The notes under the pieces: model-generated
Told to the model about the DNA's origin: nothing
Database searches by the model: none
What the model saw: the letters and a program-made list of their open reading frames with translations, nothing else
DNA from: Fidelibacterota bacterium MT.SAG.2
Lineage (GTDB): Bacteria > Fidelibacterota > SORT01
Assembly: GCA_004402915.1 (NCBI GenBank)
Contig: SORU01000002.1
Span: 28,842-92,841, forward strand
DNA length: 64,000 bases
Direction: 5' to 3'
Translations under genes and position numbers: made by a program
Shown here: positions 61,794 through 64,000 of the stretch, piece by piece
How positions within the stretch are numbered: the first letter of the stretch is position 1
Layout: each line of letters opens with the position of its first letter

Positions 61794-62635
61794 ATGAAAA
61801 AAATACCGTTCTAACTATTCGCATTATATTTGTCACTGTCCGTAAGCATTCAAGGCTGCGGCGATGACGATCCGACCGGACCGAATGACGAAGAAAATCA
61901 GGTGACAGTTAACGACCCGAAAAATGATTACAACATCTCTGCGACTATATTCAAAACGGGATTTTTAGGTTGTACATTCATAGCAGTCGATAATAACGGA
62001 CCAGTAACAGATGCCACAGTAAAAATAAACGATATGGAGCTCACGGGGCAGACTTTTGGTGTATATTGGGACAGTTCCGGCTGGTAGGCTACGTAGTGGG
62101 GAACCAATATGAACTTACAGTTAGTGTAGGAGGAAATGAAATTGCCAGCGGGACTGCTATCATGCCGTCTGAGCCTACAATCACCAATCTTTCGGACAGC
62201 ATTTCGCATGGCGCGAACCAACCGCTTACGGTGGAATGGAAGGAACCCACAAACGCAACATCTATCCAGTTGGTGCTGGCGAGACCTTTTCCCTCGGATA
62301 GTTTCACAACCGTATTTCTCGCAATATCTCCTACTACTTATACAATTGCCGGTTCACTTTTCAGTGTTGACGGCAGCTATCAACTTACCATAGCGGCATA
62401 TTACGGATTTAATCCCGGTCTCAATGATAACTCCACAAAAGGATATAATATTAAAGGCGCTGCAGGCGCGTTCATTGCAATAAATTCGACTGGATCTACG
62501 GTAATCACCGTTGGGGATGGCAGTAGCGGTTCTTTGATCAAGAAAAATCAAAGTCTTTATTATGGAATTATTGAGAACGCCTCGTTTATGGGTGAGTATT
62601 GGATAGTGCGTTTGCGGGAGAAATTATTAGAGTGA
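61794..62635 (+). pseudogene. Lipoprotein pseudogene (nonsense plus frameshift)
   Basis: MKKIPF*LFALYLSLSVSIQGC-GDDDPTGP with TAA at 61812-61814; frameshift near 62080 into the 62066-62635 ORF. Confidence 0.7.
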
Positions 62636-62789
62636 GTCCCGCGGGTTGTAATATCGCCTACTGACACAGAATTATCTAAATAAAATATTCAGCCCAGCGA
62701 GTTACTCCCTTTTCAATGATCTTTGGATAACGCCGTGAACGGCGTAAATTCGATTTTATTAACCACCGGTCCCAACCATAAATGGCTAG

Positions 62790-63203
62790 GTTAAAAAAAG
62801 CTTAAAAGGAAAACTCCTGCCGATTGGGTCAGCATCACCGCTTACTGCGGGACAATACCATGATCCCATCCTTGTAGGAAGAAGAGGAGATCTCCACCCT
62901 GACGGCTACCCTTACGATAAGCTTGAAGTCGGTGATACCATTACGTTGCAAGATGATGAACTCGGAATAGACATTACCGCGAGGATCCGATCGAAACGTT
63001 GGAACGTGCTTGAACCGCGGGATGCCGAGTTTGAAATAGATAATTTCATTGACCGACTCCCGCGCAGACTTAAAAATGATCGGAAAAACCGCAAAAATCT
63101 TGATACTAATCTCTCAAACCTGATGGGCAGAAGGGTGGACGACCGCCAATTAGAGGAGGTAACTCTCGTTGTTAATGTTCGAGAGAATCAGCCTTTGGTT
63201 TAA
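62790..63203 (+). pseudogene. Probable phage tail protein fragment
   Basis: Open frame without a proper start: ...YDKLEVGDTITLQDDELGIDITARI...WNVLEP..AEFEIDNF. Confidence 0.45.
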
Positions 63204-63282
63204 CTCCAACTTCTTAAGTAACTAAGCTACAAACTAAAAATATTTATTCGGTTTCCGTAAATTCAATATAGAAATAAACATG

Positions 63283-63378
63283 GAAATGAAAGTGGAAATA
63301 GAGAATACATAAAATTACTCTAAGCATTGGCAAATAAGGGTTATAACGTTAGATTAGATAGAAATGAAAGTGGAAATA
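63283..63378 (+). repeat. 18-bp direct repeat pair
   Basis: GAAATGAAAGTGGAAATA at 63283-63300 and 63361-63378. Confidence 0.7.
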
Positions 63379-63500
63379 AGATGGAACAAAAACCCCTAGA
63401 TAACGTATATAATATTGCAAACGAATAGTGAGGATAAAGAAAATGAAATGGACGGCATACGGGTGGGGATACTAACCCGTATTGATAAAATAAGAAAATG

Positions 63501-63530
63501 AAGCCCCGAGGAAACTCGGGGCTTTTTATT
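63501..63530 (+). terminator. Intrinsic terminator
   Basis: AAGCCCCGAG-GAAA-CTCGGGGCTT followed by a T-run. Confidence 0.8.
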
Positions 63531-63584
63531 TTCTCCGAATAGCCATATATTCACTTCTCGGTAACAATAAATGCGAATGAATAT

Positions 63585-64000
63585 ATGTTAATGTATCTGA
63601 CTGTAATGGTTGCCGCGCTTGCGGTGGCTGCTTTGACTCTCATTTCCGGATTTGGTATCGGAACCCTTCTGATGCCGGTCTTCGCGATTTTCTTTCCGAT
63701 AGAGGCGGCGGTGGCAATGACAGCGGTAGTGCATCTCTCAAATAATCTGTTTAAAACGGCGCTTGTCGGTAAGCACGCTGATTGGAGCATTGCACTGCGA
63801 TTTATAATTCCCGGACTGCTCTTTTCCGCGTTCGGCGCTTATTTATTGACTCGAATGGCTGTATCCGAGCCTGTTTATTCGTACGAATTCTATGGCGCTC
63901 GTGATATGACGCTTATCAAATTGGTCATCGCGGCGCTTATGCTGCTTTTTGCGATTTTGGAGTTTTCCAAACGATTTGAAGGGCTGGCATTTCCGAAGAA
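63585..64000 (+). CDS. TauE/SafE (TSUP) family permease (partial)
   Basis: Manual translation LTLISGFGIGTLLMPVFAIFFP.E.AVAMTAVVHLSNNLFK; runs off window end. Confidence 0.85.
   Translation, partial: MLMYLTVMVAALAVAALTLISGFGIGTLLMPVFAIFFPIEAAVAMTAVVHLSNNLFKTALVGKHADWSIALRFIIPGLLFSAFGAYLLTRMAVSEPVYSYEFYGARDMTLIKLVIAALMLLFAILEFSKRFEGLAFPK

Overview
Bacterial chromosomal window, most likely from an FCB-superphylum lineage such as Marinimicrobia, Calditrichota or KSB1. This is an inference from the RpoB/RpoC style, the 'QNYPNPFNP' secretion tail and the MGQQQLLLIV pilin-like family. 1-10.2 kb holds the dcw cluster on the minus strand (mraZ-rsmH-ftsL-ftsI-murE-murF-mraY-murD-ftsW). 10.5-17.3 kb is accessory: arfB, a multi-PAS hybrid kinase, a TerB-like gene, a sigma54-type HU-like gene and two pilin-like paralogs, one with an in-frame TGA. 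17.4-54.7 kb is the tRNA/tuf/secE/nusG/rpoBC/str/S10/spc/alpha supercluster. Its Thr-Tyr-Gly-Thr-tuf tRNA operon is split by a ~4.7 kb accessory block. 54.7-64 kb holds accessory genes and gene relics. The most unusual signal is in that tRNA-operon block: four directly oriented, gene-less 3' tails of T9SS-type secretion CTD coding sequence separate small cargo genes, and two of them carry the same downstream sigma70-like promoter. This suggests a CTD-anchored cassette-shuffling locus (inference). Several families of nested REP/MITE-like palindromes have invaded core operons. NusG has a long acidic N-terminal extension and L5 a long basic one.
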